From Eubacteriales bacterium (GTDB lineage: Bacteria; Bacillota; Clostridia; Oscillospirales; CAG-272), in assembly GCA_045589435.1 (NCBI GenBank), contig JAZNPB010000008.1, forward strand, positions 21,478 through 85,477: a stretch of 64,000 nt of DNA. The letters run 5' to 3'. The notes under the pieces are model-generated. The model saw nothing but the letters and a program-made list of their open reading frames with translations. It ran no database searches and was not told where the DNA came from. Below, piece by piece: positions 62,816 to 64,000 of the stretch (its first letter is position 1; each line of letters starts with the position of its first letter). Position numbers and translations under genes: made by a program.

Positions 62816-62861
62816 AATAAAAATTCCTTTCCTTGATATTTATTTAACGAATAACAAGAAT

Positions 62862-62890
62862 ATTATACTACATTCCGCAACACTTGTCAA
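62862..62890 (-). promoter_or_regulatory. Consensus promoter of the reductase-AcnX operon
   Basis: Minus strand TTGACA (62890-62885), 17-nt spacer, TATAAT (62867-62862). Confidence 0.65.
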
Positions 62891-63001
62891 GAAAAAACTA
62901 AATATTTATGTAATTTGCGCATTAAAATAAATGAAGAAACGGATTTTGGAATTTCGAAAAAATAAAATGCAAATAAAAATGTTAAAGTTTTCAAAATTCT
63001 A

Positions 63002-63030
63002 TTTACAAAAAAGTCACGTTGTGATATAAT
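63002..63030 (+). promoter_or_regulatory. Extended -10 promoter of rsuA
   Basis: TTTACA (63002-63007), 17-nt spacer ending in TGa, TATAAT (63025-63030). Confidence 0.55.
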
Positions 63031-63090
63031 ATATGCTGTGTTTTTTCGCGAAAAGCTAAAAACACAAAAAACGGAGAGGAGAGCCCAAAG

Positions 63091-63807
63091 GTGAGAATAG
63101 ATAAATTTCTTTCAGAGCAAGCGGTAGCTAGTCGTAAGGAAGCTGCAAAAGTTGCTAAAAGCGGCGGAGTTCTGGTAAACGGCATCACCATCAAGGACCT
63201 TTCGGTTCATATTGACCCCTCTCTGGATTCTGTTGTATATCTTGGGCGAAAAATAGAATACCAGCAGTTCATTTACGTTATGCTGAATAAACCCGAGGGA
63301 TACGTCAGTGCAACCGACGATAAAAGTTTGCCGTACGTAACGGAGCTTCTCCCTGAGGAACTTCAGAAAAGAGAGCTTTTCCCGGTAGGAAGACTTGACC
63401 GAGATACGGTAGGGCTCATGATACTCACCAACAACGGGCAGTTGGCGCACGCGTTGCTTTCTCCAAAGCGCCATGTGGAAAAGGAATATCGTTTCACTGC
63501 AAAAGTCCCAATGAGATATGGCGTTGAAGAAGAATTTCGCGACGGAGTGACCCTTGCAGACGGGTACGAATGCAAGAGCGCAATAATCCGGCTTGATCCC
63601 GACCGTATGGGTGGAGTAATAACCCTGACCGAGGGGAAGTATCATCAGATCAAGCGAATGGTTGCGGCATCTGACAACAGAGTTATGAGTCTTGAGAGGA
63701 TCTCATTCGGTGGGATCAAACTTGACGAAAGCCTTAACAGGGGAGAGTGGCGCTATCTTACGAAGGATGAGATCGCTCTTCTGGAGTCAAAGGCACAAAA
63801 GCAGTAA
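63091..63807 (+). CDS. rsuA: RsuA-family 16S rRNA pseudouridine synthase
   Basis: GTG start after RBS ggagaggag. S4 domain MRIDKFLSEQAVASRKEAAKVAKSGGVLVNG. Catalytic motif GRLDRDTVGLMILTNNG. YHQIKRM. 238 aa. Confidence 0.8.
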   Translation: MRIDKFLSEQAVASRKEAAKVAKSGGVLVNGITIKDLSVHIDPSLDSVVYLGRKIEYQQFIYVMLNKPEGYVSATDDKSLPYVTELLPEELQKRELFPVGRLDRDTVGLMILTNNGQLAHALLSPKRHVEKEYRFTAKVPMRYGVEEEFRDGVTLADGYECKSAIIRLDPDRMGGVITLTEGKYHQIKRMVAASDNRVMSLERISFGGIKLDESLNRGEWRYLTKDEIALLESKAQKQ

Positions 63808-63844
63808 TATTTATGTTGCGCTTTGGCGCAGATTGGAGTAACAA

Positions 63845-64000
63845 ATGGATATATTAAAGACACTAGCCAAGGAGTTTGGCATCAAGGAGGAGCAGGTTAA
63901 GGAAACCGTAGCTCTTATCGACGAGGGTAATACCATCCCATTTATTTCAAGATACCGTAAGGAAGTGACTGGTGGTCTTGATGATGCAACTCTCCGTGAT
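63845..64000 (+). CDS. tex: Tex-like S1 RNA-binding transcription accessory protein, 3' end outside window
   Basis: MDILKTLAKEFGIKEEQVKETVALIDEGNTIPFISRYRKEVTGGLDDATLRD. The IPFI(S/A)RYRKE motif is characteristic of Tex. Confidence 0.8.
   Translation, partial: MDILKTLAKEFGIKEEQVKETVALIDEGNTIPFISRYRKEVTGGLDDATLRD

Noticed and set aside
60689-62836. 715-aa ORF on the + strand, longer than and fully overlapping the 689-aa reductase gene.
   Set aside because: The minus-strand product carries unmistakable OYE/FadH motifs, while the + strand product is low-complexity with no motifs. The + frame is codon-aligned antisense (62813 - 60689 is divisible by 3). It stays open simply because the real gene never uses TTA, CTA or TCA codons, which is a codon-bias artefact.

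Overview
The window reads as a chromosomal segment of a low-GC Gram-positive, Clostridia-like bacterium. That placement is inferred from gene content, GGAGG-type ribosome-binding sites (RBS) and lipoboxes. I support about 35 protein genes. I saw no rRNA, tRNA, CRISPR array, transposase, integrase or phage genes.

Housekeeping blocks:
- uvrA (partial), nrdG and dut
- upp plus an RluA-family pseudouridine synthase
- two tandem YitT genes, typA, psuG, trxA, fhs, rdgB
- rpsO-pnp and an archaeal-type aspS
- a pullulanase
- a two-subunit aconitase-X (AcnX) plus enoate-reductase-like operon
- rsuA and tex (partial)

The outstanding region is 6.1-36.3 kb. A near-consensus promoter, preceded by five GTGGTAA-like boxes, heads a roughly 24.5-kb same-strand gene string:
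- a small membrane protein
- an ABC ATPase
- a fused 12-TM permease
- a 1070-aa secreted Ig-like/beta-helix protein
- an 18.1-kb ORF encoding a 6031-aa lipoprotein

The giant lipoprotein is built from MBG/YDG-like repeats, a roughly 700-aa conserved module and five Listeria-Bacteroides-type repeats. At its extreme C-terminus sits a Hint (Hedgehog/intein-type) autoprocessing domain followed by an 86-aa helical tail.

Convergent with it is a 5'-truncated, start-less but fully open 2.7-kb paralog of the conserved module. The two convergent 3' ends carry inverted copies of a roughly 130-bp three-hairpin module. These bracket a SerC homolog that has its own promoter and RBS but has lost the Schiff-base lysine and most PLP/substrate contact residues.

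The giant ORF also contains 462-bp tandem repeats with a 97%-identical core, and roughly 0.5-kb dispersed in-frame DNA repeats.

Smaller items are a frameshifted SDR gene, a structured rpsO leader, and an orphan promoter-to-terminator unit upstream of the pullulanase.

All functional calls come from motif recognition by eye. No database search or folding computation was possible.
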